Source of the DNA: an uncultured Bacteroidales bacterium
GTDB taxonomy: Bacteria > Bacteroidota > Bacteroidia > Bacteroidales > CAZJDA01
Length of the DNA: 64,000 nt
Direction: 5' to 3'
Assembly: GCA_964544705.1 (NCBI GenBank)
Contig: CAZJDA010000011.1
Coordinates: 21,620 to 85,619, forward strand
Shown here: positions 1 through 10,374 of the stretch, piece by piece
Numbering within the stretch: the first letter of the stretch is position 1
Layout of the letters: each line of letters starts with the position of its first letter
Position numbers and translations under genes: made by a program
Notes under the pieces: generated by a model
What the model was told of the DNA's origin: nothing
Seen by the model: the letters and a program-made list of their open reading frames with translations, nothing else
Database searches by the model: none

Positions 1-61
1 GGTTATTAAGATATGGGCTACTTAAGGAGAGAGAACCCAATTGCTATTAAAACTAATATGC

Positions 62-811
62 TTAAAACAACTCTTTCAACTTTCTATATCCCGTTCTACT
101 TGCTTTTAGTTTTGTTCTGTCTTTTAATATCGCCAAATAGGAATCCTTTTTATACAATTCCAATTGGGTGATTTCTGATATTTTTACAATATAAGACCTG
201 TGTATCCTAACAAACTCGTTAGGATTAAGTACAGACTCATAGTATTTCATGGTTTTTTCTTTCAGATGGTTTCCTTCCTCGGAGTGGATCATCACATAAT
301 CGTCCTGGGCTTCAATGTATTTGATCCTGTCAACAGGGATTACCTTAATGTGCTTGCCGGTGCGTACTACAACTCTTTCAATTTGTGATGCATTATAATC
401 AACATAGCTTTTTAATTTCTCAACTTTATCTTCTTTACCATTTTCTTTTATACTGATCTTAACCCGCATTTTTTCAATGGCTTCTCTAAAACGTGCTTTT
501 GAGAATGGCTTCAATAAATAGTCAATGGCATTTTGGTCGAAAGCTTCGAGTGCATAATCATCATACGCTGTTGTAAAAATAATCTCGGGTTTTTCATCCA
601 GGATTTCCAGCATTTCAAAGCCGGTAAGTTTGGGCATTTGAATATCCAGAAATACAATATGGGGGTTTTTTTCTTGTATGGTTTTTATGCCTTCGAAGCC
701 ATTAGAACATTCACCAACGAGTTCAATATCTTCAAAATCATTTAAAAAGTTTTTTATTAATTCCCTTGCAGGTTCTTCATCTTCTATGATTATAGCTTTT
801 ATTGTGTTCAT
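62..811 (-). CDS. LytTR-family two-component response regulator (REC + LytTR DNA-binding domain)
   Basis: 249-aa ORF. It has N-terminal receiver motifs (IIEDEEP, FLDIQMPKLTGFE) and a C-terminal LytTR-like segment (VDRIKYIEAQDDYVMIH ... FVRIHRSYIV). It overlaps the upstream kinase gene by 4 nt. Confidence 0.9.
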   Translation of the reverse strand: MNTIKAIIIEDEEPARELIKNFLNDFEDIELVGECSNGFEGIKTIQEKNPHIVFLDIQMPKLTGFEMLEILDEKPEIIFTTAYDDYALEAFDQNAIDYLLKPFSKARFREAIEKMRVKISIKENGKEDKVEKLKSYVDYNASQIERVVVRTGKHIKVIPVDRIKYIEAQDDYVMIHSEEGNHLKEKTMKYYESVLNPNEFVRIHRSYIVKISEITQLELYKKDSYLAILKDRTKLKASRTGYRKLKELF

Positions 812-1860
812 TTCTGTGGTATTTTAAATTTTACTTCAAAATAATTTCCTGTATTTTTAATTACCATTAGGTCTCGATCTCCGTATATTATCCTCAATCT
901 TTCCCTAATATTTGCTAAGCCCGTACCCGTTCCTTTACGGCTTTGAGCTTCGGGGTCGTAGTTATTGCCAATAGTAAGGAAAAGGTAGTTCTTGTCGCAT
1001 TCTGCTTTCAGGTTTAGCCCCACGTTTTCTACGCTATAATGCACCCCGTGTTTAATAGCGTTTTCAATAACAGGCTGCAATATCAGGCCTGGTAATTTCA
1101 TGCTTAAGCATGCTTCATGTACATCCTTGCTAAAAACCAACCTTTTACCGAACCGCACTTTTTCTATTTCTAAATACAAAGTAATATGATAGAGCTCTTG
1201 CTTAAAAGTGGTTAGTTGGGAATCTTCTTTTTTCCCTAAGGAATACCTGAAAAATTCGGACAGTTTGATCAACATATCCTGGGCCTTTTCGGGTGAAGTA
1301 ATGGTTAAGGAGCTAATGGAGTTCAGGCTGTTGAAGAGGAAATGTGGCCTCAATTGTGAGCGCAGCGCTTTAAGTTCGGTTTCTTTTACCAGCGATTTGA
1401 GCCGCTCCTCATTTTGTATTTTTTCTTGGAGATTCATGTAATAGATCATCATGTAATAAGAGAGTGCAAGCATTGCATAAAGCAACCCACCATTAAGCAA
1501 GCGAAAAGGAATTGATTTTTCTAAGAAATCAATATATTCATGATTCTCGGAAAAGAACAATGTAAGCAGGTTATAACCAATGAGATACCAAGTGGTAAGC
1601 AAAAAAGCGGCAGCGCCAAGATGATTGATACTTCCGCTGATAAGTTTACGTTTTTCGAATTTCACAAATTTAACCGGGAACCAAATTCCTAAGCCAAGCA
1701 ATGCAAAAAGCAAGTTGAAAAGTATACCGTCAATAATAGAAGGGACAAAGCTAAGGCCATATACATCGTGAAGCATAAAGGAGTGAAAAACACCTATCAA
1801 TATCCACACAATGGAGTAGGTGATGATATTGCGCTTTTTGTTTAATATTGGATGCGACAT
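808..1860 (-). CDS. LytS/YehU-type membrane sensor histidine kinase
   Basis: 350-aa ORF with an N-terminal multi-TM region. It carries the His_kinase motif LRSQLRPHFLFNSLNSI and ATPase boxes (NAIKHG, GTGTGLANIRERL). Confidence 0.88.
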   Translation of the reverse strand: MSHPILNKKRNIITYSIVWILIGVFHSFMLHDVYGLSFVPSIIDGILFNLLFALLGLGIWFPVKFVKFEKRKLISGSINHLGAAAFLLTTWYLIGYNLLTLFFSENHEYIDFLEKSIPFRLLNGGLLYAMLALSYYMMIYYMNLQEKIQNEERLKSLVKETELKALRSQLRPHFLFNSLNSISSLTITSPEKAQDMLIKLSEFFRYSLGKKEDSQLTTFKQELYHITLYLEIEKVRFGKRLVFSKDVHEACLSMKLPGLILQPVIENAIKHGVHYSVENVGLNLKAECDKNYLFLTIGNNYDPEAQSRKGTGTGLANIRERLRIIYGDRDLMVIKNTGNYFEVKFKIPQK

Positions 1861-1872
1861 GGCCTTAGGGTT

Positions 1873-2586
1873 TTAATAACTTTTTATTTCTCCACCGCCA
1901 AAAACGGCTGCACCTTTAATTTTTAGCTTTTTATCCCCCTGTGGAAGTTCTTCTCGCCTTACCCTTTTATCAGAATAGCCACCAAAAACAGAAGTGATCT
2001 CGCTTTTTATTTCCCAATGTTTTGGAACGATAAGGGTGAACCCGCCAAAAACACATGAAATATCCAGTATATTTTCACCATCAGACAACTCGGCTTGAGT
2101 AAGGTCTAATTTTGATCCGCCAAAAATAGCGGTAATTTTACCCCCTTTTAGGTTTTGTGAATGGATAATTCTTTCCCCGCCGCCAAATACAGCCGTTTCA
2201 TCAATATATTCATCGCTTTCGCTGAACTCGGTGCGGGGCCTGAAAAAATTTTCCCAGTTCTTAAAAACAAGGGATAAACCAATAATGACCAGCACAACAG
2301 GCCAAAAAATTTTCCTAAAATTATAGGTAAGGTCAAAAGCTATAGGCACCATAAATGCCGCGCCTGTAACAATTAAAATAATGCCCATAAGCTTATTCTT
2401 GCCGCCAACAGTGATTATACCAATACCTACAAGAAGCATAGGCCATGAAAAAAACAAATCTCTTACAAATTCAGGCATGAGCCCCAAGTTTTTCATTAAT
2501 ATAGCGCCACCGAGGCCTATCAGCACTATACCAAATGCCAATCTTTGGCTTTGAGCATGCTCTTTAGGATGATGTTTGTGTTCCAT
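1873..2586 (-). CDS. LiaF-like / DUF2154 membrane protein (cell-envelope stress module partner)
   Basis: The track ORF extends to 2823, but its first 79 codons look like AT-rich non-coding sequence. The ATG at 2586 (MEHKHHPKEH...) gives 237 aa with 4 TM helices. The C-terminus has repeated xVFGG/IFGG beta-repeats typical of LiaF C-terminal domains. Confidence 0.75.
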   Translation of the reverse strand: MEHKHHPKEHAQSQRLAFGIVLIGLGGAILMKNLGLMPEFVRDLFFSWPMLLVGIGIITVGGKNKLMGIILIVTGAAFMVPIAFDLTYNFRKIFWPVVLVIIGLSLVFKNWENFFRPRTEFSESDEYIDETAVFGGGERIIHSQNLKGGKITAIFGGSKLDLTQAELSDGENILDISCVFGGFTLIVPKHWEIKSEITSVFGGYSDKRVRREELPQGDKKLKIKGAAVFGGGEIKSY

Positions 2587-2783
2587 AACGATATTTTTTA
2601 AATGTTTATAAATATAATCAATTTTGACACAAAAGTATAATGTGCAGGGTGATTTCAAAACCATTAATCGGTGAGTTGCGTTTAAAACAGGGTAAAATGT
2701 GGGAAATGATAGTAGTTGGTGGAAGGTGTTCAACGAATCAACAAAAATATTGAAAAACGTTTTATTTGATAAAAATATTAAAT

Positions 2784-2791
2784 TATTTTTG
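2784..2791 (+). promoter_or_regulatory. candidate Bacteroidota -7 promoter box (TATTTTTG, fits TAnnTTTG)
   Basis: The motif ends 15 nt upstream of the ATG at 2806. Confidence 0.35.
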
Positions 2792-2805
2792 TAAAAAAGA
2801 TTTGG

Positions 2806-3690
2806 ATGAAAGCAAAAGAACAATATGCTTTATACGGAATAAGGAGTGAGAATGTATTGTTACAGCCATTTTTAAAATGGGCAGGAGGTAAACGTAAACT
2901 CTTACCTTTTATCAATAAGAATATTGCTGAAGATTTCCATGTTTACCATGAGCCATTTTTAGGAGCTGGAGCTGTTTTTTTTAATTTGCATCCAAATAGG
3001 GCAGTAGTAAACGATATAAATTCAGAATTAGTTAATACCTATAAAGTTATTAAAGAATATCCTGGTATATTGATTGATGATTTGAAAAAGCATAAAAATA
3101 CAAAAGAGTATTTTTACAAAATAAGGGAAATAGATAGGAAAAGAGATATAAACTCTTTATGCAAAATACAACGGGCATCACGATTTATTTATTTAAATAA
3201 GACTTGTTTTAATGGATTATACAGGGTTAATAGCAAGGGGCAATTTAACACACCATACGGTGATTATAACAACCCAACGTATATTCAAAAATCAACTATT
3301 TTAGCAATAAATAAGTACTTAAATAATAATAATATAGAATTATTAAATATGGATTTTGCTAAAGCCCTAAAGAAAGCAAAAGCTAATGATTTTGTTTATT
3401 TAGACCCTCCTTATGATCCTTTATCAATAACTTCTTCTTTTACTAGTTATGATTCCAGTTCATTTGGAAAAGAAGAACAAATAAGGCTGTATGATGCCAT
3501 CGAAGTGTTATCTAAAAAGCATTGTAAAATAATGCTTAGCAATTCAGACACTAGTTTCATTAGAAAACTATATAAAAATTACAATATCATCACTATCAAA
3601 GCTGGCAGAAGCATTAATTCTAATGGTAACGGAAGGGGAAAAATTAATGAATTACTAATTTTGAATTATGAACCGGGTAACAAAAAATAA
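2806..3690 (+). CDS. D12-class (Dam-like) N6-adenine DNA methyltransferase
   Basis: 294-aa ORF with LLQPFLKWAGGKRKLLPFI, the SAM-binding motif EPFLGAGAVFF and the catalytic motif DPPY. Confidence 0.9.
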   Translation: MKAKEQYALYGIRSENVLLQPFLKWAGGKRKLLPFINKNIAEDFHVYHEPFLGAGAVFFNLHPNRAVVNDINSELVNTYKVIKEYPGILIDDLKKHKNTKEYFYKIREIDRKRDINSLCKIQRASRFIYLNKTCFNGLYRVNSKGQFNTPYGDYNNPTYIQKSTILAINKYLNNNNIELLNMDFAKALKKAKANDFVYLDPPYDPLSITSSFTSYDSSSFGKEEQIRLYDAIEVLSKKHCKIMLSNSDTSFIRKLYKNYNIITIKAGRSINSNGNGRGKINELLILNYEPGNKK

Positions 3691-4945
3691 TGATGCATGG
3701 AATTATTTGTTCAATAAGTATAAAATTCTTGATTCAATTGAAGACAATAATAATTATATAATATCATCCAAACAAATTAATGAAATAAGAGAAGCCAGGT
3801 TAATGGCTAAATTCGATACTCTTGAATCACTTCCGAAACTTTTTAAAGATAATGAATTGAATATTAATGCTATTTCAAATGGATTATATATAATTTTTAA
3901 GGACCCTAACCATAAAAGTTTCATTAAGTTACCTGACTTTAATAAATTGAAGCAGCAATCTTTTTCTCCAAATTTCTCATTCAGTTTAGATCTTGAATTT
4001 AAGCCTAATATGCCTGAATCCCACACAATTGATTACGCTCATCATTCTGGACTGATTAATAAGGTATATTCCGATTCAAATTTTAAACTTACCACAAGAG
4101 GGAGGTTCTTTTCTGATGAGTTTTCTTTTTACCTTTTAAAAAATTTACAAAAAATTGATGTAAAAGGAGTTCAAATTGAGGTTGATGCTGGGTTAGAAAG
4201 TAAAAACCAATATTTAATCATTGAGGCAAAAAGCAGCACTAGGGACACTTTCAATATAAGGCAATTGTTTTATCCTTATCAGCATTTTAAGACTAAGACC
4301 AATAAGCCTATAAAAACAATTTTGCTTTCATTTAGTAATGGAGTTTACTATTTTACTGAAATAGAATTTAAGGAGTTTTATTATAGTTATAGAATCATTA
4401 ATAATTCAGCTTTTGAAATTATTATTGATAGGCCGTTTCAATTAAAACCTCTTCACGAGATTATTAACCAAGATACCTTAAAAGTTAAAAACATACCAAT
4501 CCCCCAGGCTAATGATTTAAACAAAATTATTGATTTACTATTTTTTTTATCAGTAAACGATGCTAGTAAACATGAGATTGCTGATTTTTTTGAATTTGAT
4601 GAGAGGCAAGGAGATTATTATGGTAATGCAGCTATGTACATCTTTTTAGTTGATAAAGTAAAATCAAAATTTACTTTAACATCAAAAGGGAGAGAACTAA
4701 TCAAAATTAAAAATAGGGATCAAAGGAATGAGACATTGGTTCAATCAATATTACAGACAAAATTATTCAATGATTTAATAAAATTATATTTGAACAATAG
4801 TAATCATATATCAGATAAACAGATTGTTAGGAAAATAATAAATTATGGTTACAATGAAACAACTGCAAGTAGGAGGAAAAGCACTATTAAATCCTGGATG
4901 AATTGGATTGATGATAACTATTTATCCATGATTGAAAAATTATAA
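3668..4945 (+). CDS. uncharacterised protein, candidate type II restriction endonuclease partner of the methyltransferase
   Basis: 425-aa ORF overlapping the MTase gene by 23 nt. It has a D...E-x-K-like segment (VDAGLESKNQYLIIEAKSS) and a helical C-terminal ~130 aa. I could not assign it to a REase family I know (not DpnII, MboI or Sau3AI-like). Confidence 0.5.
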   Translation: MNRVTKNNDAWNYLFNKYKILDSIEDNNNYIISSKQINEIREARLMAKFDTLESLPKLFKDNELNINAISNGLYIIFKDPNHKSFIKLPDFNKLKQQSFSPNFSFSLDLEFKPNMPESHTIDYAHHSGLINKVYSDSNFKLTTRGRFFSDEFSFYLLKNLQKIDVKGVQIEVDAGLESKNQYLIIEAKSSTRDTFNIRQLFYPYQHFKTKTNKPIKTILLSFSNGVYYFTEIEFKEFYYSYRIINNSAFEIIIDRPFQLKPLHEIINQDTLKVKNIPIPQANDLNKIIDLLFFLSVNDASKHEIADFFEFDERQGDYYGNAAMYIFLVDKVKSKFTLTSKGRELIKIKNRDQRNETLVQSILQTKLFNDLIKLYLNNSNHISDKQIVRKIINYGYNETTASRRKSTIKSWMNWIDDNYLSMIEKL

Positions 4946-5028
4946 TTGATAGTAACTTTTATATATTATAGAAATACGTCCTCGAATGATGCGCCATTTA
5001 TGAATATTTTAACTAAAAAAATTAATCC

Positions 5029-5721
5029 ATGAAAAAAATTATTGTATTAACAGTTTTTATCTTTTTTGCTGCATTCATTTATGCACAGGATTGCTCATTT
5101 TACTATCCTTACAAAAAAGGAACCCTTAACGAAATCAAATCTTTTGATAAAAAAGGAAAGCACCTTAGTACCAATACAACACAAGTAATCGAGAACAAAC
5201 AAGAAAACGGGATCACAACTGTTAAGATTTCTTCTGTTTACAAAGCAGCTAAAGGCGATGAAGAATACCAGTCAGAACATTCTTATGTTTGCGAAGGTGA
5301 CAAGTTTTATTTTGATATGAGTAGCTATTTGGATAATAAAACATTGGCATCGCAGGGTGATATGGAAATCAATGTTGAAGCAGATAAAGTGGGTATTCCT
5401 TCCAACCTGGAAGTTGGCCAAACATTGGATGGGGGTAAAGTAACAGCTACTATCACCAACCAGGGAATGAAAATTATGGAGATGAGAGTGGAACTATCTA
5501 ACAGGAAAGTAGAAGCAATAGAAACAATTGAAACTGAGGCCGGTAGTTTTGAATGCTATAAGATCAACCAGGATATTATAACAAAAGTGGGTTTTATGAA
5601 AATGAATACTTCTTCAACGGAATGGTTGTCAAAAGAAGTAGGAGTGGTAAAGAGCGAATCCTATAATAAAAACGGGAAGCTTATGGCCTCAACAGAACTA
5701 ACAAAATTAGTTCAACCCTAA
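5029..5721 (+). CDS. secreted hypothetical protein
   Basis: 230-aa ORF with an N-terminal signal peptide (MKKIIVLTVFIFFAAFIYAQ). No motif recognised. Confidence 0.6.
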   Translation: MKKIIVLTVFIFFAAFIYAQDCSFYYPYKKGTLNEIKSFDKKGKHLSTNTTQVIENKQENGITTVKISSVYKAAKGDEEYQSEHSYVCEGDKFYFDMSSYLDNKTLASQGDMEINVEADKVGIPSNLEVGQTLDGGKVTATITNQGMKIMEMRVELSNRKVEAIETIETEAGSFECYKINQDIITKVGFMKMNTSSTEWLSKEVGVVKSESYNKNGKLMASTELTKLVQP

Positions 5722-5759
5722 TTGTTGTTTTTGGTAAAGATTCTTAACCATTTAAGTAT

Positions 5760-6437
5760 ATGCCAAAATTATATATTGTTCCAACGCCTATTGGAAACCT
5801 GGAAGATATTACTTACAGGGCCATTAGGATTCTAAACGAAGCAGATATTGTGCTTGCCGAGGATACCAGGAATACTGGCAAACTCATGAGTCATTATGGG
5901 ATTGAGGCTCGCTTGCAATCGCACCATCAACATAATGAACATAAAACAGTAAAAAAAATTGTTGCTCAGCTAAATCAAGGCCAAAAAATTGCCTTGGTAA
6001 CAGATGCCGGCACGCCTGCTATATCAGATCCCGGCTTCTTATTGGTAAGAGAATGCATAAAACAAGGTATTGAAGTGGAATGTTTGCCGGGCGCCACGGC
6101 ATTCATTCCTGCTTTAGTGAACTCTGGACTTCCGAATGAAAAATTTGTATTTGAAGGATTTTTACCTCACAAAAAAGGGAGGCAAACCAAACTAACAGAG
6201 CTTAGTGAAGAAAAACGAACCATGGTTTTTTACGAATCACCCCATAGGCTATTGAAAACTTTAGAACAGTTTAGAGCGTATTTTGGCCATGATAGAAAAG
6301 CTTGCGTTAGCAGGGAATTAACAAAAATTCATGAGGAAAACATTAGGGGAAGCCTTGCTGAAATCATAGAATATTACAAAAAAAACCCGGTAAAAGGCGA
6401 GATTGTTATTGTTGTGAATGGGAAAGAAAACAAATAA
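5760..6437 (+). CDS. rsmI: 16S rRNA (cytidine1402-2'-O)-methyltransferase
   Basis: 225 aa with LYIVPTPIGNLEDITYRAIRILNEADIVLAEDTRNTGKL and DAGTPAISDPG, characteristic of RsmI. Confidence 0.92.
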   Translation: MPKLYIVPTPIGNLEDITYRAIRILNEADIVLAEDTRNTGKLMSHYGIEARLQSHHQHNEHKTVKKIVAQLNQGQKIALVTDAGTPAISDPGFLLVRECIKQGIEVECLPGATAFIPALVNSGLPNEKFVFEGFLPHKKGRQTKLTELSEEKRTMVFYESPHRLLKTLEQFRAYFGHDRKACVSRELTKIHEENIRGSLAEIIEYYKKNPVKGEIVIVVNGKENK

Positions 6438-6474
6438 ACCACCTTGTACCGGGCGAAAACCAATTTATAAAGAA

Positions 6475-8673
6475 TTAAAACTTATAAGTAATTCCTCCAT
6501 ATATTTTTCTTAAGGCTTGTGGCGCCCTGGGTTGAATCCATACACTTTCACCGTAAGGAGCTGCACCATAGTGCTTTGTGCCAAGGATATTGTCTGCTCC
6601 TACATTGATTTTAAGCTTGTTAAATAGCCTGTATCCAATGTTCCCATAGGCAATGAAACTGCCCGGTATTTGACCATTATCAGCGCCATAATAACTGTTG
6701 GATGGCGCTGTGAATATATCAGAATAATACCTTCCTGTAAATCCACAGAAAAAATTACCCAAATGGAATGAAACATTCGTATGGGCTTTATGTGTAGATA
6801 TTTTGGGCACATCTGTCTTGTTTTTGTTTTGGGTGTTTTCTCCTTCTATGTAAGAATAAGCAGTAGAAATAAGGAATTTGTATACTTGAATGTTAGCTTC
6901 TATTTCAGTTCCTTGGGTGTACATTTCGCCAAGGTTGTCATTAATCTCAACAAAACCGCTAGAAGGGTCTTCCCCAACTTGTGTTCTTAAGGGGTTATAA
7001 TATGGATAACCACCTTCTTGTGCATCTGCAGGAACGGGCCTTATGATGTCGGTCATATCATTTCTGAAAATACTGGTTCTAAAAGATAGCTGCTCATTGA
7101 CCATATAACTTAGGCTCAACTCGGAAGTTTGTATTTTTTCAGGTTCAATATCTTCATTAGGAATATGCATTGCATAAGGATTAGCCCAGTTTTCCCAACG
7201 ATAATAATTAGATGGCTGAATATAAGCTGTACCGAAAAGCCCCTTAATAGATACTTTTTCTAATGGCTTATATACCAACCCAACCCTTGGATTGATTGTA
7301 GAGCCGTAAATAGAATTGTTATCAAACCTTCCACCAATGGTCAAAGTAAGATTGTCTAAGAATTTGATTTGGCCTTGTAAAAATGAACCCAAGTTATTAT
7401 AATTCCTTTCACCAAAAATGGTGTCAGTAAGCCCCAATTTACCATAAACATACCCATTAGAATCAATATATGCAGAAAGGTCGTCTTCCAATCCTTTATT
7501 GATTGAAAAAGGTACATTGTCCAAATTTTTTGTTTTTGGGAAAGATCGAACCTCGGTGTACGAAATACCACCTACAATGGATATGTTTTCTGATAAAGAA
7601 TAATCCGCTTGTAATTTCCCTTGCAGGTAACCAGAATAAGCGTATTTATAGCCATTAAAATAATCATCAAGTGTCCCATTTGGAATGGTGAAATTACTTG
7701 CGGGATTCACTGTATAATCACCGGCAGAAAGCGTTGTTTTTAGTCCAAATTTCTCATTTTTTATGGTTTGGTGTTCAATATACCCATGCCTTAAATCTTG
7801 CCCCCAAACGTTTTCATCGATGTATGCATAATTAGCCGGTATGCAGCTAAGCGCATTGGTTTCGTACTCGTGTTGCCAGTCAAAGCCAATGGTGAAAGCC
7901 TTGTATTTAATTTTGGAAAATAAATTCCAATTCTTAATAGGATATTCTTTATCTTGTGCTCCTAAGTGGCCGCTATAATCACTAACTGGCCCATAATCAA
8001 CAGGGCTTTTATAGTGCTTGTGAAAATCAAAATCTTTTCCATTGTATACCCTGCCACTTATTACAACATCCGTTTCATCACCTAGTTTTTTGCCATAGGT
8101 AAAATCACCCATGAAAGCACCAGTAGAGATATATCCTGAACCTACTTCAATTCCATCTATGTCAGCGCCATCTTTTGTAATCATATTAATAACCCCTGCA
8201 TACGCATCGGCTCCATATAGTGCAGAGGCCGGGCCATAAACGATTTCTATCCTTTTGTATAAGTGCAATGGCATGTTATGCCCATAAACAAAACGTTCAC
8301 CGGTAATTGGGTTCATCCGTTGCCCATCTTGCAATACCAGTAATTTTTGGTTACCAAGAACGCCCCTCATAATAACGAGTGAGCGTACTTCGCCTTGCAC
8401 ATCATAGGAAACATCTATCCCAGGCATGGCTTTAAAAACATCCTTTAAATCCCGCCAGCCATATTTTTCAATTTGATCACCAGTAATAACTTTAACCGTT
8501 GCAGGTGCATCTCCAATTTTTTGTGCTTTTTGGGAAGCGGTTACTACTTCCATGTTTAGTAATTGTTCAAGCGACATATCATAAAGTTCGCTTTCACCAG
8601 GTTCTTGTGTAAAAGCTTGTAATCCAATTAAGAATAAAGCCATTGTCAAAAAAAGCATAAATCTTTTTGTCAT
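6475..8673 (-). CDS. TonB-dependent outer-membrane receptor
   Basis: 732 aa with a signal peptide and a plug region (VVTASQKAQKIGDAPATVKVITGDQIEKYG). A long beta-barrel ends in an aromatic C-terminus (GGITYKF). Confidence 0.88.
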   Translation of the reverse strand: MTKRFMLFLTMALFLIGLQAFTQEPGESELYDMSLEQLLNMEVVTASQKAQKIGDAPATVKVITGDQIEKYGWRDLKDVFKAMPGIDVSYDVQGEVRSLVIMRGVLGNQKLLVLQDGQRMNPITGERFVYGHNMPLHLYKRIEIVYGPASALYGADAYAGVINMITKDGADIDGIEVGSGYISTGAFMGDFTYGKKLGDETDVVISGRVYNGKDFDFHKHYKSPVDYGPVSDYSGHLGAQDKEYPIKNWNLFSKIKYKAFTIGFDWQHEYETNALSCIPANYAYIDENVWGQDLRHGYIEHQTIKNEKFGLKTTLSAGDYTVNPASNFTIPNGTLDDYFNGYKYAYSGYLQGKLQADYSLSENISIVGGISYTEVRSFPKTKNLDNVPFSINKGLEDDLSAYIDSNGYVYGKLGLTDTIFGERNYNNLGSFLQGQIKFLDNLTLTIGGRFDNNSIYGSTINPRVGLVYKPLEKVSIKGLFGTAYIQPSNYYRWENWANPYAMHIPNEDIEPEKIQTSELSLSYMVNEQLSFRTSIFRNDMTDIIRPVPADAQEGGYPYYNPLRTQVGEDPSSGFVEINDNLGEMYTQGTEIEANIQVYKFLISTAYSYIEGENTQNKNKTDVPKISTHKAHTNVSFHLGNFFCGFTGRYYSDIFTAPSNSYYGADNGQIPGSFIAYGNIGYRLFNKLKINVGADNILGTKHYGAAPYGESVWIQPRAPQALRKIYGGITYKF

Positions 8674-8879
8674 AGTAGTATAGTTTAAATTAATAAATAT
8701 TAATAGCTATTATGATCCAATTTTTTTATTTTGCCTTATATGATACTAACAAAATTAACAATATTTGAGTGTGGGAGTGCCTATAATGAGTAAACCTGCA
8801 ATATTTGTGAGTTATATTAAATTAATTTGCTTCATAACACATTAATTTAAATATAAATTCTTTCAATATAACAAGTGTA

Positions 8880-9782
8880 TTAGTTTACTTTAGCCTCAAC
8901 CGTATCTTTAAGGGATTTAAAACCTCTTCCAATAATCTCGTTAGCGTTGATTACTGTGAGAAAAGCATTAGGGTCTACCTGCAAAATATGGTCTTGGAGT
9001 ATCGCTAATTCTCTCCTGCTCACCACGGTATAAATGATTTTCTTTTCCCGGTTATCATACATGCCGTTACCATTTATGTAGGTACCTCCCCGTTTCAGGT
9101 CATTGATAATTTTATCTCGTATTTGCTCGTGTTTGTCAGAAATGATCAATAACGTTTTTTGGTAGCTCACACCTTCAAGGATAATATCGATGACTTTTCC
9201 TGTTATGTATATCGCGATCCAAGAGTATAAGGGAATTTTCCAATCGTTGAAAGCGACCAATCCCAGCATTACAATAACTGCATCAACAAAAGCTAGTAGC
9301 TGCCCCATAGGCAACCTTGTATACTTGGCCAATATCATGGCAATGATATCCGACCCACCTGAGGTTGCCTTGGATTTGAAGATCAGGCCAAGCCCGACAC
9401 CCAAGGTAACACCACCAAAGATTGATGAAAGCAAGGGGTCGCCTTCTACTAATGGTACATCACCTCTATAATAACTCAATAAATCAACAAAACCTGCTGT
9501 AAGGATAAAACCAACCACGGTTTTTACGCCAAACCTTGGCCCCAGCACTTTAATCCCGATCAGCGCTAACGGGATATCCATGCACAACGCAGTAACACCG
9601 ATTGGCGTGCCAAACAAGTGGTGAATTACAATAGCTATACCATAAACACCACCTGGGGCAAGTTTATATGGAGAAATAAACAAAACGAATCCTGCTGCAA
9701 GAATAAATGTACCTACAACTATTAAGCTATAGTTGATAAACCATTGCCTTGAAAAGACCTTTTCTTTTGTAATAAAGCTCAT
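8880..9782 (-). CDS. YitT-family membrane protein (DUF161 + DUF2179)
   Basis: 300 aa with multiple TM helices and a soluble C-terminal domain (TYINGNGMYDNREKKIIYTVVSRRELAILQDHI). Confidence 0.8.
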   Translation of the reverse strand: MSFITKEKVFSRQWFINYSLIVVGTFILAAGFVLFISPYKLAPGGVYGIAIVIHHLFGTPIGVTALCMDIPLALIGIKVLGPRFGVKTVVGFILTAGFVDLLSYYRGDVPLVEGDPLLSSIFGGVTLGVGLGLIFKSKATSGGSDIIAMILAKYTRLPMGQLLAFVDAVIVMLGLVAFNDWKIPLYSWIAIYITGKVIDIILEGVSYQKTLLIISDKHEQIRDKIINDLKRGGTYINGNGMYDNREKKIIYTVVSRRELAILQDHILQVDPNAFLTVINANEIIGRGFKSLKDTVEAKVN

Positions 9783-9924
9783 ACCTTTAGAATTTGTTTA
9801 ATAACCTGTTTTGATGTTTTTTATAATACATCGGTTGAAAAATTCGGCAAAATAAGTAAACTTTTTTCAAATAGTGGCTAAATATACAAAGAATAATATG
9901 TTAAATTTGTTTTAAACTTGTTTC

Positions 9925-10374
9925 ATGGAAAATGTATTTGAATTGGGCCATAGCTATTTTATGCGTGAAGCATTGAAGGAAGCCCATAAAGCCTTTGATA
10001 AGGATGAAGTGCCGGTAGGCGCTGTTATCGTTGCGGAAAATAGGATTATTGCCCGGGCACATAATCTTACGGAGCAACTGAATGACCCTACAGCCCATGC
10101 TGAAATGCAAGCATTTACATCTGCTACGGATTTTCTTGGCGGGAAATACCTGAATGAATGCACTTTGTACGTTACTTTGGAACCTTGCGTAATGTGTGCA
10201 GGCGCTTCTTTCTGGGTTCAAATAGGTGAGGTCGTTTATGGCGCTGATGACCCTAAAAGAGGGTTTGCCCAAATCACACCCCATATTTTACATCCCAAAA
10301 CCCACATTATAAAAGGAATACAGGAAGAGGAATGCTCTACATTATTATCGGATTTTTTTAAGCAAAAACGATAG
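9925..10374 (+). CDS. tadA: tRNA-specific adenosine deaminase
   Basis: 149 aa with the CDA zinc motifs HAEMQAF and TLEPCVMCAGA. Confidence 0.92.
   Translation: MENVFELGHSYFMREALKEAHKAFDKDEVPVGAVIVAENRIIARAHNLTEQLNDPTAHAEMQAFTSATDFLGGKYLNECTLYVTLEPCVMCAGASFWVQIGEVVYGADDPKRGFAQITPHILHPKTHIIKGIQEEECSTLLSDFFKQKR

Noticed and set aside
2587-2823. The track gives the LiaF-like ORF a 79-codon N-terminal extension.
   Set aside because: The extension is AT-rich and hydrophobic nonsense, and it overlaps the methyltransferase promoter and start. An internal ATG gives a sensible N-terminus.
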